A DNA stretch of 63,822 nucleotides, filler included, from Octopus bimaculoides (taxonomy: Eukaryota): NCBI RefSeq assembly GCF_001194135.2. It is 9 parts of 8 records of this genome, joined end to end, with 100 filler letters (N's around TTAATTAATTAA, not from the genome) between each part and the next. Parts side by side here need not be neighbours in the genome. Positions count along the whole stretch, not along the records: positions 61,497 to 63,822 come from NC_068999.1; 8 more parts are not named here. One strand, 5' to 3'. Both the position numbers and the translations under genes were made by a program. Numbering within the stretch: position 1 is the first letter of the stretch; each line of letters starts with the position of its first letter. Below, in pieces: positions 62,242-63,822 of the stretch. The notes under the pieces are model-generated. The model saw nothing but the letters and a program-made list of their open reading frames with translations, had not been told where the DNA came from and made no database searches.

Positions 62242-63791
62242 NNNNNNNNNNNNNNNNNNNNNNNNNNNNNNNNNNNNNNNNNNNNNNNNNNNNNNNNNNN
62301 NNNNNNNNNNNNNNNNNNNNNNNNNNNNNNNNNNNNNNNNNNNNNNNNNNNNNNNNNNNNNNNNNNNNNNNNNNNNNNNNNNNNNNNNNNNNNNNNNNNN
62401 NNNNNNNNNNNNNNNNNNNNNNNNNNNNNNNNNNNNNNNNNNNNNNNNNNNNNNNNNNNNNNNNNNNNNNNNNNNNNNNNNNNNNNNNNNNNNNNNNNNN
62501 NNNNNNNNNNNNNNNNNNNNNNNNNNNNNNNNNNNNNNNNNNNNNNNNNNNNNNNNNNNNNNNNNNNNNNNNNNNNNNNNNNNNNNNNNNNNNNNNNNNN
62601 NNNNNNNNNNNNNNNNNNNNNNNNNNNNNNNNNNNNNNNNNNNNNNNNNNNNNNNNNNNNNNNNNNNNNNNNNNNNNNNNNNNNNNNNNNNNNNNNNNNN
62701 NNNNNNNNNNNNNNNNNNNNNNNNNNNNNNNNNNNNNNNNNNNNNNNNNNNNNNNNNNNNNNNNNNNNNNNNNNNNNNNNNNNNNNNNNNNNNNNNNNNN
62801 NNNNNNNNNNNNNNNNNNNNNNNNNNNNNNNNNNNNNNNNNNNNNNNNNNNNNNNNNNNNNNNNNNNNNNNNNNNNNNNNNNNNNNNNNNNNNNNNNNNN
62901 NNNNNNNNNNNNNNNNNNNNNNNNNNNNNNNNNNNNNNNNNNNNNNNNNNNNNNNNNNNNNNNNNNNNNNNNNNNNNNNNNNNNNNNNNNNNNNNNNNNN
63001 NNNNNNNNNNNNNNNNNNNNNNNNNNNNNNNNNNNNNNNNNNNNNNNNNNNNNNNNNNNNNNNNNNNNNNNNNNNNNNNNNNNNNNNNNNNNNNNNNNNN
63101 NNNNNNNNNNNNNNNNNNNNNNNNNNNNNNNNNNNNNATATATATATATATATATATAGTATATATTTAATCATGTGTATGTGTGTCTAAAATGGGCGTG
63201 TGCACATCTGTGTATGTATCGACACGCGTACGCCACACACACGCATACACACACATATACACATAAAAATTGATACAAGTTGAATTATTAAGAAATTTTC
63301 TAAACAACTATCAGGTCTTGAACTTGAATCCTCAGAATGATACCTTTCACAAGTATCTTAACCACGTCCACAGGTTGACCTAAGCATCTTAAGTAAAATT
63401 GGGGGTAGAGTTAAACTATGCAAAATCCCTTCGGATGGACAACAACAGTACCCGGAATTCAAGAACCTACCCATGTCATACAGAGGTCATCAAAATCAAG
63501 ATTCCTTGACGGATGCTGCTAGTCGTTGGGCTGCCATTCTAGACGCTTTCGTAGTCAGCAGTCGCCACTGATCTTTGTTCTCCGTGTTGTGACCTGTCCA
63601 GCCCTTGAGGTATTCGGGTAGAGATAATACCTTAGTTTCGGTAGCAGCACCCTAAAGATGGACAAGTACACTGGTTCTCACCTGATTCTCATTGTTGGAT
63701 CCAATATAATCCTCAGCCATAGCTCGGTAACTGTTCCTGAGGCTAAACTTAGTGATGAACTGAACGTACATACATATATACATATGTGTAT

Positions 63792-63822
<31 letters not shown>

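Noticed and set aside
17272-63190. Long ORFs of 100-400 aa containing X runs
   Set aside because: They span N gaps, so their length is an artefact.

Overview
AT-rich eukaryotic, non-genic DNA made almost entirely of microsatellites, assembly gaps and decayed transposable elements. It is probably from a cephalopod such as Octopus; this is inferred from the tRNA-derived SINE families and repeat landscape, not from a search. No intact protein-coding gene, rRNA, CRISPR array or confidently functional tRNA can be supported. Most ORFs in the supplied track are translations of microsatellites or N runs. Recognisable retroelement remnants are non-LTR LINEs (L1/Tx1-like, RTE/Rex3-like, RTE/BovB-like, R4/Dong, HERO, Ingi/Vingi-like, CR1-like), Penelope-like elements (RT, GIY-YIG, pseudo-LTRs) and at least four SINE families. 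DNA-element remnants are mariner, maT/Tc1, pogo, hAT-type and foldback elements and a Helitron fragment. The most interesting structure is a set of minimal type-I hammerhead ribozyme motifs (about 4.4, 5.2, 35.3/35.8, 50.8, 51.2 and 51.5 kb). Several sit in near-perfect genomic palindromes with one copy per strand, and one Penelope pseudo-LTR also carries a tRNA-like Pol III head. Other notable items are a twin-primed RTE insertion inside a SINE, a rearranged R4 LINE, a minisatellite born from a LINE endonuclease motif, a short (TTAGGG)n insert flanked by a 10-bp duplication, and an unassigned coding-like segment at 42.1-43.0 kb.
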